Positions 26,950 through 40,457 of a stretch of 64,000 nucleotides of DNA are shown here, piece by piece; the stretch's first letter is position 1, and every line of letters starts with the position of its first letter. The notes beneath the pieces were generated by a model that saw only the letters and a program-made list of their open reading frames with translations, was not told the origin of the DNA and did no database searches. This stretch comes from the human T2T-CHM13v2.0 reference genome, Homo sapiens, in NCBI RefSeq assembly GCF_009914755.1, contig NC_060929.1; one strand, written 5' to 3'. The position numbers were made by a program, and so were the translations under genes.

Positions 26950-27315
26950 ATTACCGTGAATCTGGGAGAGGTGCCCTTCCCTGCCGCTTGGAGCTGTGCT
27001 TGGCCACGTGACTTGCTTTGGCTTTTGGAATGTAGAGCCAAGCCTTTCCATGTTTTTGTGGGTGTCCTTTAGTTTGCCCTTTTGTTCTTTGTTATCCAGC
27101 ATAAGAATATGAGACAAGCAGCCACTGGCCCCTAATGAGGAGATTCATGAAGACCTTAACCCAGCCTTCAGTCTGGAGCCTCCTTGAGCCTAGATGGGCT
27201 AAGCTGAACCCCAGCCAACCTGCAGGCTCACAAGTATGAAAAATAAATGTTTGTGATGGTAAGCCAGTGAGAGTTGGGACTATTACCCAGCCTTATTGCA
27301 ATGGAAGCCTTGTTC
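26950..27315 (+). mobile_element. Old MLT1 (I/J-like) LTR
   Basis: GGCCACGTGACTTGCTTTGGC..AATAAATGTTTGTGATGGTAAGCCAGTGAGA. Confidence 0.6.
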
Positions 27316-27794
27316 ATACAGCGTTCCAGAGAGGACTTCTATAATCTCCTGCCTCAGGTGGGTGTGGGTGGGTGTGTAGGGATAACGCTGGCTGTGGGCT
27401 TTTCTCACAGCTGAGTGGGGGAAGAGGATTTAAAGGGGTCGGGGTGAGGGGGGGAGGTGGCATCATCATGGAGCATGTGGACTTTTCACCTAATCCTCTA
27501 GCGTTGAGTATGATCCTTCTACTCACACCTGTGCCCGGTGGCCCAGATTTTAAGTCCCTTTGATTGGACATCTAGAGAAAGTCAACCTCCAGGGCTGCCA
27601 GAAGTGCAGCTGATAAACTCTGCTTAGTTTGATGAAATGTGCTATTAAAAATCTGATGAAGGTGCAGGATCTGCAATGCCTTTTGGACCTGTGGACGCTC
27701 ACAATCGATACTTCATTCCTTGTTATGGCTGGATGATAGTTTATTTTGTGGACATACCACTCACTGTTTATCTATTCAACAATTGATGGACAAA

Positions 27795-28350
27795 GTGACC
27801 TTTAAAAATAGTAAATCTGATCATGTCACCCCCTTTCACAAAATTCTCCAGTATACCAGTAACAAAATTCTCATGGCCAGCCAGGCCTTGCAAAACTGGC
27901 CTCTGTCCACCGTTCTTCCCTCCTTTATCACGTCTATCCCCTTGGCTCATTATATTACCAATCACACTGGTCTTTTGTTCGCTTCCTTGAAAATCCCAAG
28001 TTTAGTCTTACCTCAGGGCTTTTGTGCTTGAATTTTCTTCTGACCAGGGTGCTCTTCCTTCAAATAGCTGCTCCTTTCCTATCCTCCCTGTCATTGCCTC
28101 TGTGAGGCCTTTCTACATTCTCTACTCAAAGTATTCCACACATCCTTCAACATTTCCTTTCTAACCCTCATTACTGCCCACTATCACCTAGTATTTCTAT
28201 TTGTTCTCTTGTTCATGGTCTTTCTCCTTCCTCTGCAATGTAAGCTTCAAGAGGGCAGGTGCTAGCTGACACCTTTACTGCTCTATCCCTGGACATGGGG
28301 TAGACCTGGCACAAAGTGAGTGCTAAGTCTGCGTTCAATGAATGGATGGA
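27795..28350 (+). mobile_element. L2 3' region
   Basis: AAATCTGATCATGTCACCCC..CTCAGGGCTTTTGTGC..AATGTAAGCTTCAAGAGGGCAGG..AATGAATGGATGG. Confidence 0.8.
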
Positions 28351-28416
28351 TTTAAGGTTATTTTTATATATTCCAGTCCTGTAAAAAATTCTTGAATTAC
28401 TACTTTTATCACTTCC

Positions 28417-28920
28417 TGCAATAAGCAGAATAATGCCTCCTTTCAAGATGTCTATGCCATAGTCCCCAGAACCTGTATGTTACTTTACATGGCACAGCGA
28501 CTTTGCAGATGTGACAGAGATTACAGACACTGAAATTGGGAGATTATCCTGAATTATCTGGGAAGGCCAAATCTAATCATATGTGCCCTTAAAAGTAAAG
28601 ATGCATTTCCAGCTGAGACTTGTTAGAGAGATTTGTTGCAACATAAGAAAGGTCAAAGAGATGTGATATTGCTGGCTTTGAAGATGAAGGAAGGGACCAT
28701 AAACCAAGGAATGTGGGTGGCCTCTAGAAGCAGAAAAGTCAAGGGAACAGTTTCTCCCCTAGAGCTTCCAGACAAAATGCAGCTACCTGCCGCTGGATTT
28801 TAGCCCAGCGAGACTTAGGTTGTACTTCTGATGTCCAGGACCGTAAGTTAATAAACTGGGACTGTGTTAAGGAACAAGAGTGTGGAAATTTGTAATGGCA
28901 ACAGTAAGAAACTAATATGT
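28417..28920 (+). mobile_element. MLT1D-like LTR
   Basis: GCAGAATAATGCC..GACTTTGCAGATGTGA..GCTGGCTTTGAAGATGAAGGAAGGG..AGAAACTAATA. Confidence 0.85.
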
Positions 28921-29569
28921 GACCTTGCCTCTGTTTTCTCTTTTCTTTCCTTCTTAGATATTTGAATGAATTTGAGTCAGAATTTACTTGAATTTTCCCA
29001 GTGGTGACTAGTTTAAGCTTTCAGTCAGAATTTTAAGAGAGAGCTCTAGTTCAATTCTAGAAAAGTAAACAAAATTCGATTTTGCCCACCTGACTTGTGG
29101 CCTGGCAAATACATATGCACCATGCATGGTTCTAGGATTCTTAGTATGTCATTGAAACTCTGCTTAGTTTATTGAATGTGCTATTAAGAATCTGATGAAG
29201 GTGCAGGGCCTGCAACACCTTTTGAACCTGTGAACTCTCAGAATTGATACCATCATTGATCCTTATTTAAAAATCCATGCGTGGGTTTGAGAAGCATGTA
29301 AACCACGTAAGCTTTCCCTGCCATCGTAGGCTTTTGTATCTCATTGCTACCCTCCTGGTCGCAGCCACCTTCCCTCAGATGAGTGCCCTCCCTGGCTTCT
29401 GATGCATTTGTAGTGCCATCAGCTACTTTAGACATCTGGGTTCCAACTTTGAGAGCTCTTCTCTGGTGGGTCCCAAAGTAGCAGGCACTTGGCCGCTTCC
29501 TCTGCCCCACTCTCTGTCCCAGCAGAACAGCGAGATGGCATTTCTATCTTTCCCTGCGCTATTCACCCG

Positions 29570-31320
29570 GTCACACATTCAACAGCTATTTAACAAGAGG
29601 CACAAGGTTCTAGGCATTGTTACTGGTATAGGAGGATCAGAAATGAAGAAGTCTGACCACAAACAAATACAGAAGTCAACATGTAGCATGTCAGCTGAGC
29701 AAAAGTGTGATGGAGAGAAGAAGAAAGCAGAGTAAGGAGAACATGGACGGGGCTCCTGGTTCAGATCGGTGGTTGGGGAAGGCCTCACTGAGGAGGTAAC
29801 ATTTGAGCGGAAGCATGAAGGAGGTGAGGGAGTGAGCCAGGAGGCTGTCTGGAGGAAGGGCATCCTAGGAAGAAGGAGCAAGTGCAAAGGCCTTGAGGCA
29901 GGATTCCACCAGGTGTGTTTGGGAACAGCAAAGGAAGACAGTCCCTAGAGGGATGAGTGAGGGGAAGTTAAGAGAAGGTAAAAGCACAGAGAGGTAAGAG
30001 GTGATCTCATGAGCACAGGCTTTGTGGGCTGCAGCAAGGACTTGACCGGCTTTTCCGCTGAGACTGGAGCCCCTGGAGGATTAGAGCAAAGGAGAGGCCT
30101 GAGTCTTTGGAAGTGTTGCTCCAGCACTGTGCTGAGCATAGGAACAGCGGGAAGAGTGGAAGCAGGGAGATCCGTTAGGGAAGGGTTGTAGACAGGATGA
30201 GCACCTGGATCAGGATCATGGTGGGAGGACATGCTGGGATACTGTAAACATTTTAAAAAACTATCATGGAAAATTTAAAACATAAAAGCAAAGAGAATAG
30301 TAAAATGAAACTGTGAGTAACCATCACTCGACTTCCACAATAATCAACTCAGGATCATCTTGTTTCCTTGCTACCCACCCTGTTTCTGTATTATTTTAAA
30401 GCAAATTCAAGACATCTGAGGATTCCATCTGTAAATATGTTAATAAGTGTCTCTAAAAGAGGTCATCTCATTACCTCCATACCATTATTGTACTAACAAG
30501 AAGCAACAAGAATTCCTCAAGATCTCCAAATATCTAGCCAATGTTTGAAAGTCAAGCCAATGGAACTTTCCGGTACATTGGATCTGGGATTGAGAGAAAG
30601 AGAGGGGTCCAGGATGTCAAAAATTTAGGGCCTGACAACCGTAAAATTGTCTTACATTTACTGAGATAAGAGAGACTGTAGGAAGAGCAGGTTTTGGGGC
30701 TAGGGGTGGATAGGAATTTGCGTTTAGGCATTTTGTGACTTGCAGTACAGGTCTGGCTGTGTAACAAGAACCACCAATGGATTAAATTAAAATTTTCTCC
30801 CCCTGTAATGTAACAATTCTGAGAATAAAGCTATGCAAGGATGGTTCAGTGGCTACGGTGCTAGGGACTCGATCTCCTATTTTGTTGCTCTTCTATCCTT
30901 AAAAGAGCTTCTATCATGGCCTCCAATGGAAGGTTGAGCTCCACCCTAACTTCTACGGGAAAGAGAGAAGGATAAATGAAGGGGATACGTCTTTTCTTTA
31001 AAGGCAAGACCTGAATGTCACAGGTGCCACTTCTTCTCATGTCCCATTGGCCAAAACTCACATGGCCACATGTAGCAAGGGAGTAAATACGGTCTTTAGC
31101 TAAGTAGCCATATTCTTAGCTAAAACTCAGAGGGTCTACACTAATGGAAGAAGGGGAGATTGGATGCTTGGAAGCAGCTACCAAAAGTTAAGTTTGAGAG
31201 GCTAATGGGCATTCACATAGAGCTGTTGAGTTCATCATGGGTCTGGAGGTGGGCTCCAGTTGGGGATGTTTATCAGAGAGTTACCAGCATAAAGATGGCA
31301 TTTCAATCCCAGAGATGGCC
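29570..31320 (-). mobile_element. L2 interrupted by an L1MC-like fragment (about 30250-30552) and an old MLT1 LTR (about 30745-31180)
   Basis: GGGAAGGCCTCACTGAGGAGGTAACATTTGAGC, GCAAGTGCAAAGGCCTTGAGGCAGG; MLT1 motif ATGTCCCATTGGCCAAAACTCACATGGCCAC. Confidence 0.7.
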
Positions 31321-31899
31321 TGCTGGGCCTGAGTCAGGCCAGAGCCCCTCAGGAGCCCCTCAGAGCCTGTGGGTGGAGGGGAGCGCTATTTTGCCTCTCC
31401 CTCTCCTGAAGCCTTGGCAGCCCAGGTGAGAAGATGAAAGGTGCTGTCAGGCTTGCTAAGTAAGGTTAGGGGGCCGCTGTGACCTCCAGTGCTGAAGGAT
31501 AGGCCGGATCCATCAGCCCTGCTGGGCCAAGGCCCCACCTTTTTCTGTGTGTGTGGACCCCAGCACAGACACTTCTTGGTTTGTCAGTGGAGAGCACGCT
31601 CCTTCTCCCCTCTGCCCCTAGAAGCTGCAGGAGCTAAGAGCTCACTGCTGGGCAGCCCCACCTGGAGTGTCTTATCTTTCATCGCCTTGGAGTGGTTGTG
31701 TTGGCTACCCTCCTTTCTTGATCTGATTGAAATGAATGGGCCAAGTAGCAAAATATCCATGATTGCCCTCCCAGGATGAGGACCTGCGCTTTGGAAGGCC
31801 TCTTCTCATCCTAGGGGCAGCGACTGTGACACTGACTCTACCCACACTCACTGCTGCGTCATGGTCCTGGGAGTTTTTGCTGACTCTCTCACCCTGAGA

Positions 31900-32800
31900 C
31901 GCATGGTATTCTGTAGGGTTTGCCTCATCTGTTCTCCACTGTCTTCCCTATTCTCACATCATAGCCCCGGCTAATACCTAACACCTCGAATTCTCTCTGT
32001 TTCCTGCCAACACTGACCTTTCTCACTGCCTGGAAACACCCCCACCTGCGTGCTCCATGGGTGTCTTGAACTCTGTATGTTCAAAACTAACTTTTCTGTC
32101 TTCACCCCAAAGCCAGTGTGCCTCCTCATGTTCCCAAGCTAAGACAGTTAGTGTCCCAAACTGAAAACTGTCCCCATTTGAAACTCCTTTTTGTCCCTCA
32201 CCCCTCCCTCTCATATCTAATCAATTGCAAAGTCTAGCCATTTCTACTCCAACAATAACCTTAAATCCACTTTATGTTACCCATCGCTGCCATTCCTGCC
32301 TTGGTTAAGGCACTATCACATTTGTCTCTAACCACCTCCTTGCTGGTCTCCCTGCCGCCCTTAGACTCCCACAGACCCTTCCAGAGTGATTTTTCTAAGC
32401 ACCAGAGCTGTTATGCCCCTGCCTAATGCCCTTGTCCCTTTTTCCCCACCAGCCTGACTCCCCCTCACTGTGCCCTGGGTTGCAGTCACACAAGGCTGCC
32501 ACAGTTCCCTGAGCAGCCAAAACCTTCATGCTTCTTCCTCCATGTCCTTTCCCATTCTCTAGACTCAGCCAGACACCGCCTTTCTTGAGAAGTCATCTGA
32601 GTTCCCTGAAGAACACTCTTTCCTTCCTCTTCCTTCCCACACCCCCCCTTTTCTCTTTTACCTTGGTACTCATGGTGCCACGCTGAGATTGTTAACAAGC
32701 CTGACTGCCGCTGGATTGCAGGACACCTCAGGGGCACGGCCCCTTGTCACATTTAGTTTTGCTCCCTACCAAGTACCTGGTCCTTAGTAAATGTTCCTAC
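31900..32800 (+). mobile_element. L2 fragments
   Basis: TTGAACTCTGTATGTTCAAAACTAACT, TAATCAATTGCAAAGTCT, CCAGAGTGATTTTTCTAA. Confidence 0.65.
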
Positions 32801-33269
32801 CATATGGAAAGAAAGACAAAAAGAAGGGCTCAGTGGAGATTTTCTACTCAACCTGGTTGTGCTGGATTTTTAATGTCTGCCTCCTCAGCAGGCATCCCCA
32901 CTTCATGTAACTATGGCTCCTGGTATCTAGGGGGGTACCCTCTCCTCCTGTCTGGGAACGCAATGCTCTGGGGGCAGCTCACGTTCAGGCTTAAACAGAG
33001 CCAATCAGCACAGCACATTCCTGTGGCTTTGGTGAATCACTCCCTCCCCCGTGCTTCACTTTTCATCTTTTAAGAAGGTTCTCTTTCCTGCTGGACTTGA
33101 ACCAGGGGAGATGTAAGTCTGGGGCTGCTCTCACCTTCTTGCCGCTGTGTGGAGCCTGCAAATGACAGTGATTCCTGGAGGGGAGCAGAGCTGAGCACAT
33201 AGGTATGGAGAAGGTGAGGCCTGGTTCCTGAGTGGTTTACCCCTGGACTTTTCAGAAAACAGAAATATA

Positions 33270-33705
33270 GTAGGTTGAAGACTGACCTCTTTCAAAAAAT
33301 TCATGTTCACCTGGAGCCTCAGAATGTTATCTTATTTGGAAATAGTTTTTGCTTTTTTTTTTTTCCAGACATAATTAAGGTAAGGATCAAGACGAGATCA
33401 CACTGGAAAAGGTGGGCCCTAAATCCAGTGAGAGGATAGGAAGGCCAGCACTCTTATTCTGTCCTAATAAGAGACAGAGACGGGCACACAGAGACACAGA
33501 AGAAGGCCATGTGTTGATGGAGGCAGAGACTGGAGTGATGCCGTCCCAAGCCAGGGAGTGCCTGGCTCCGCCAGGCACTGGAAGAGGCACTGAATGGATG
33601 CTTCTCGAGAGCCTTTGGAGGGAGCATGACCCTGCTGACACCTTGATTTTGCACTTCTGGCTTCTGGAACTATGAGAGGGTAAATTTTTATGGCAGCCCT
33701 AGAAG
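33270..33705 (+). mobile_element. MLT1B/C-like LTR inside an older LTR16-like element
   Basis: CCTCAGAATGTTATCTTATTTGGAAATAG..GGAGGCAGAGACTGGAGTGATG..CCCTGCTGACACCTTGATTT. Confidence 0.8.
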
Positions 33706-34231
33706 ACGAGTCCCAGAGCCAATAAAGATCCCTCTTCCCCTGATTTTGTAAAAATTTTAAGCCATTTTGAGTTTTTTTTCCCCTTTTGCAGGAGTCCTCT
33801 GTGGTAAACTGGTGGAGTCCAAAGCAATTGTGTTTGACAAATAAAACCGAATGATCTGGGTGATGAAAACGTAATAGCAAAAGACCAATCCTGAAGAATC
33901 CTCAGGGCCCGGGTGAGGAGGGAGGTGAAGCTCCAGCTCTGCTGTACCTAAAGTCTGACAAATAAAAGTCCTGAGAATGGAGGAGGTCTGGATGTAAATG
34001 TCTTGTCTCCAGGTCTAATATAAACTACTTTTGAATGAACTTGGGAAGAGTTGACATCTCAACCCTCCATGAGGTGTGAGAGGCAGAGTGAGGTCCTGCG
34101 TTGTCACCTTTAATATCTGAGTTTCCACATAAAAAGAAATGCATGAGTTTGGCTCCCCTGCATGCCATCCTGAGCACACATGGTATTTCTTATTGAAGTG
34201 CTGGGATGGGGAGCTTAGTTGTCCCTGTCTC

Positions 34232-34830
<599 letters not shown>

Positions 34831-35069
34831 GAGGGATTTACGAATTTTACTCGAGGCTCTCACACCCTCCACTCCAGTTCCTGCATCCAGTTTCCATGAG
34901 GCCTCTTTCATTTTGGATCTGCCTGTCATCCACATTTCTCCATCAAGCCTCAACACCCCACCCTTTAAAAATAACATTTCAAATCGTTCTTTCGTGCAGC
35001 ATGAGATTTTTGAGCTATGATTCACTTCAAATTTCAGCAGGGCTTAAGCGCTTTAATTTCCTTTAAAAT

Positions 35070-36210
<1,141 letters not shown>

Positions 36211-36849
36211 ACACGGGTGTGAGAGCACCTCCTCCCCATTCCTGGCAATGAGAAGCAGAGGCAAATTTTTCTATTAATACTTTCTGGGCCATCTGATCTC
36301 ATTTTATTTTCCCCTGAGTTTCTCAGCCTGTGAAGCGTTCTGGTGCTTCCTCAACTCATGGTATGACATTGGAAATTTGCTTCCCTTTTCTAGGCATCAG
36401 TTTCATCAGTAAAATAAGACATTTGTGCCAGATGATACCTTATATTTTGCGACTGCAAAGTTTTGAGTCCAAATGACTAAATGAGATTGCTGTTTCTAGA
36501 GGAAAGCTCATCTAACGAAGACTCCAAATCAGACGTGAATCACTGATTCCAGTGGCTCTTTTTTTTTTTTTTTTCAAAATGAGCTTGGCTGAATTTTATA
36601 CAGCTGTTGTTTCACCATTAAAGTGTGTCACGGATAATGACACTCAAAATAAGATAAGATGTAAGAGGCTCAATGCTTCATGAAAACGCTATCCGGTATC
36701 AAATGTCACATTGTTGATTCATGACTGGGTACAAAAGTCCTGACTTTCCCAAGAGTATTGAGATGGCTTCTAGAACGATAGAGCATGAATCTAAATAGGA
36801 ACAGTTGGAGAAAATTGAAAGCCAAGTCCATTTGTGTGCACTGCAAATT

Positions 36850-37430
36850 TATTGTGTAATAAATAATTTGTCTGGTTTCTGTCACCAGTTCCTGGGAGGT
36901 GGCCTCTGAAACACTGGAATTTCCCAAGTGATAGAAGTGTCTTTGTTTTTTGCGGTGGATTCCTCAGACCACACCTGAACTTATGTTAATGAGATGACGT
37001 AGAATGGAGACTGAGCCACGTGATTAGAGAATGAGGGCCTTGAGCCACACGATATCAGCCCAACCTCTAGCCCAGCCTGTAAAAAGGCATCTAGAGTTTG
37101 AGTCTTATGGCCAATGATTTAATCGATCATGCTTACATAATGAAACTCCAATAAATCTCTGGACATGGCAGCTTGGGTGAGTTTCCTTGGCTGGTAATAC
37201 TCTGTGTATTGTCACACACTGATGTTCTAAAGAGTCCTGACTTCACAGGGAGAAGACATGGAAGCTTCATGTTTGGGACCCTCCCAGAGCTCACTCTATG
37301 TCTCTCTCCCTATGGCTGATTCTGATTTGTATGCTTTATAATACAATTGTAATCACAAAGACAGTGCTTTCCTGAGTTCTGTCAATTATTTTAGTGAATT
37401 GTCAAACCTGAGGGAATAATAAAAACCTCT
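36850..37430 (+). mobile_element. MER21-family LTR, 3'-truncated
   Basis: TTGTGTAATAAA..GTTCCTGGGAGG..GGCCAATGATTTAATCGATCATGC..GTATTGTCACACA. Confidence 0.8.
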
Positions 37431-37854
37431 TTCAATGTTTTGGAATTGGTTTGTGTCGGCCCAATCTTGTGCAACAAGGTATTCATCCAGCAACTACTGA
37501 GTGCTTACAGATCAGGTAAGAGCTCTGCTCCCATGAAGCTTAAAGTCCACTAGTGGAGGCTTTCCAAAGAGCAACAAAATGGCTAACACTTGCTGAGTGA
37601 TTACATGTGATTCTAGGCGCTGTCCTAAGTGCTTCAGTGACTTATTTCACTGGGTCCTATTAACAATAACAGGAGGTATAATTGTTAACACAATCTGCAG
37701 ATGAGGAAATTAAATAAAGCCCAGAGGGATACACCGACTTCCCTAAGATGACATATCTGGTTGGGACTGAATATGGAATTTTCTCCACATGGTTTGATGC
37801 CAAAGTCTACACTCTCAAGTAAATAAACAAATGAGTATAGAATAGAAAATTGTG

Positions 37855-38500
37855 TAAGTGACATCTCCTCTTGGATGTCTGAGAGGCATCTCAAACTCAA
37901 CCATCTAAGCTAAACATCATACCTTTTCTCCTTCACTTCTAGCCCCCAAATGCTTCTCACACAAGCTACCCTACCTTAGCTGATAATAGCAACTTCATCC
38001 TCCAAGTTTCTTAATCCCAAATCTTGGAGTCATTCTTCATTCCTCTCTTTCTGTCACATCCTAAATTCATCAGTTAATCTTGCTAGTTCTGCTATGAACA
38101 TTATTATTATCAATAATTATTATTATTACAATCTGACCACTTCCAGGGTTCCCAGTCTTGCTCAAGCCACCATCATTCACCATTATTTCTGGTTTGATGG
38201 CTTTAGTGGCTTTCTACAGGGTTCCTTGACTCTACTCTTGCCCACACAAGACTATACTCAGTGCAGCAGCCAGAGTGATTCTTTTACAATATAAATTAGG
38301 TCATGCCACTCTCCTCTGCTTAAAACCAAGCAATAGCTTTCCGGCTCTGCATCTCATTAAGAGTAAAAGCCAAAGTCCATGATCTTCATTCCACTAGCTA
38401 GAATATAAGCTCTATGAAACCAGAGATCATTGTTTTATTCATGGATGATACACAGAGGGTGTTCAGTAATATGGCTGAATAAATTAATGAATAAGCTCAT
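37855..38500 (+). mobile_element. L2, flanked by MIRs (about 37580-37815 minus, 38555-38800 plus)
   Basis: TTGGATGTCTGAGAGGCATCTCAAACTCAAC, CAGCAGCCAGAGTGATTCTTT. Confidence 0.75.
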
Positions 38501-38807
38501 TTTAACTACTCTGCTAGACATCCCAGATCAAGCATGAAGACGAGTATCTTGCTGGGAAGAAGTTTAGTAGAATGGTTAAGAGCATGGGTTTTGGTTGGTT
38601 GGGCTCAGTTCTGGCTCCCTTACTTCCTAGATGCATAATCTTGGCCAGGATTCCTAACTTTGAGAACTGTTTCTTTGTCTGTAACATGTGGATGATAATA
38701 CTTAGCACTTCCCTCATAGCTTTGAATCTAGGATGAAGTGAGAAACTGCATGTGAGGTGCTTAGCCCAAAGAAAGAACTCATCAATATTAGTGCCTATCC
38801 TTGGAAC

Positions 38808-39552
38808 ACAATAACTTTTAAGAACTTCTGGCACAGATACCCAGAGTTGAGCCAAACCTCACAAGTTAAGGCTCAGTTCTTCACAAAACTGTTCTCACTT
38901 TAGACATCAGTCACAACTTCAGGGATCCCAAGGCCACCAGAACTTCTGACCAACTGGTTGCAAATTTGGGGGTTCTTTCTACTCTGTCAATTCACTAGAA
39001 TGATTGACAGCATGCAGGAAAGCGGTCTCTTTGTGATTACAGTTTTATTATAAAGCAAACAAATCAGAATCAGCCATAAGGAGAAAGACATAGGGTGAGT
39101 TCTGGGAGGGTCCCAAACATGAAGCTTTTGTTTTTTCTCACTGTGGAGTCAGGACGCTTTAGTATATCAATGTGTGACAATACACAGAGTATTGCCAGCC
39201 AAGGAAACTCACCCAAGCTGCAATGTCCAGAGATTTTATTGGAGCATCATTATGTAAGCATGATTGATTGAATCATTGCCCATGAGACTCAAACTCTAAG
39301 CACTCTCTATTAGGCTGGGCTAGAGGTTGGGCTGATATCATGTGGCTCAAGGCTCCTGTTCCCTAACAACATGGCTGGTTCTTCTGACATGCTCAGTCTC
39401 CGTTCTAAGTCACCTCATTAGCATATCAGGTGTGGTCTGAGAGATCCACCGCAAAACAAAAACACTCTTATCACTTGGGAAATTCCGAAGATTTAGAGGC
39501 CACCTCCCAGGAACTGGTGACAGAAGCCAGCCAAATTCTTTATTACACAATA
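38808..39552 (-). mobile_element. MER21-family LTR, inverted relative to the 36850 copy
   Basis: Reverse complement of the 36850-37430 copy plus additional 3' sequence. Confidence 0.8.
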
Positions 39553-40082
39553 AAGAGGAAGGAGCATGTTGAGAGTCATTGCCATTTTCATCTCAAATCT
39601 CCTCCCTGCTTTTATGAAGCTGACCCTTCTCAGCTCATTATGTCTTGTTATCCCCAGCTCCTCACATGAAAGACTGACAACCCTTCTCAGCACTGCTATT
39701 TGACTGTCCCCACTGGAGAAAGCACAGGTTTGAATTTTCAGTGCCCAGGCCCCATACATGAGTTTGTTTTCCCTCTGCAGTCTGTCTTTTTCAATATGAC
39801 CCCTTAACTGATGGTGTTCCCCAGGGCTCTTCATCAGGGACCCATCTTCTCACATTGTCTTGTTCATACCCAAAGCTCTGATGCCCATCTTTCAGCCAAC
39901 CGCTCCCTTGTCTCTCTCTCCAGCCTGAACCTTTCACCTGTGCTGCAGATTCCCATAAGCAACCTCCCACAGGGCACCTGCTGCTGGCTCTCCACAAGCT
40001 CCTGTTGGTCAGCATGTCCCTGAAGAAGCTCATTCCCCCACCTGTCAAACCAATTTCTTCTCCATGATTCCTCTCTTAGTAC

Positions 40083-40457
40083 TGTCCTAGTCTGGTTTTT
40101 TGTTGCTATAACGGAATATCACAGACTGGACATTTCATAAAAGAAGAGTTTTGTTTGCCTCATGTTTCTGGAGGCTGAGAAGACCAAGGTCCTGAGGCTG
40201 CATCTTGTAAGGACCTTCTTGATGTGTCATAACATGACAGAAGGCATCATGTGGAGAGAGGGCAAGAGCATGCATGTGTGATCAGGTTTCTCTTCCTGTT
40301 TTTTTGTAAAGACAACAGTCTCATCGTGCAGCCCCAATCCTGATGACCTTACCTAATTCTAATTATCTCCCAAAGGTCCCATCTCCAATCAACATATAAA
40401 TTTGGAGACTGAGTTTCTAACACATGAAATATGAGGGACACATTTAAACCAGAGCAC
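40083..40457 (-). mobile_element. MST-family LTR inserted in L2 (L2 about 39690-40790, plus strand)
   Basis: TGTCCTAGTCTG..TGTTGCTATAACGGAATATCACAGACTGG..GGACACATTTAAACCAGAGCA; L2 tail (GAAT)n at about 40760-40788. Confidence 0.8.

Noticed and set aside
27630-27660. TGATGA..CTGA resembling snoRNA C/D boxes
   Set aside because: Spacing too short, no terminal stem, and the first motif is not kept in the second copy at 29155
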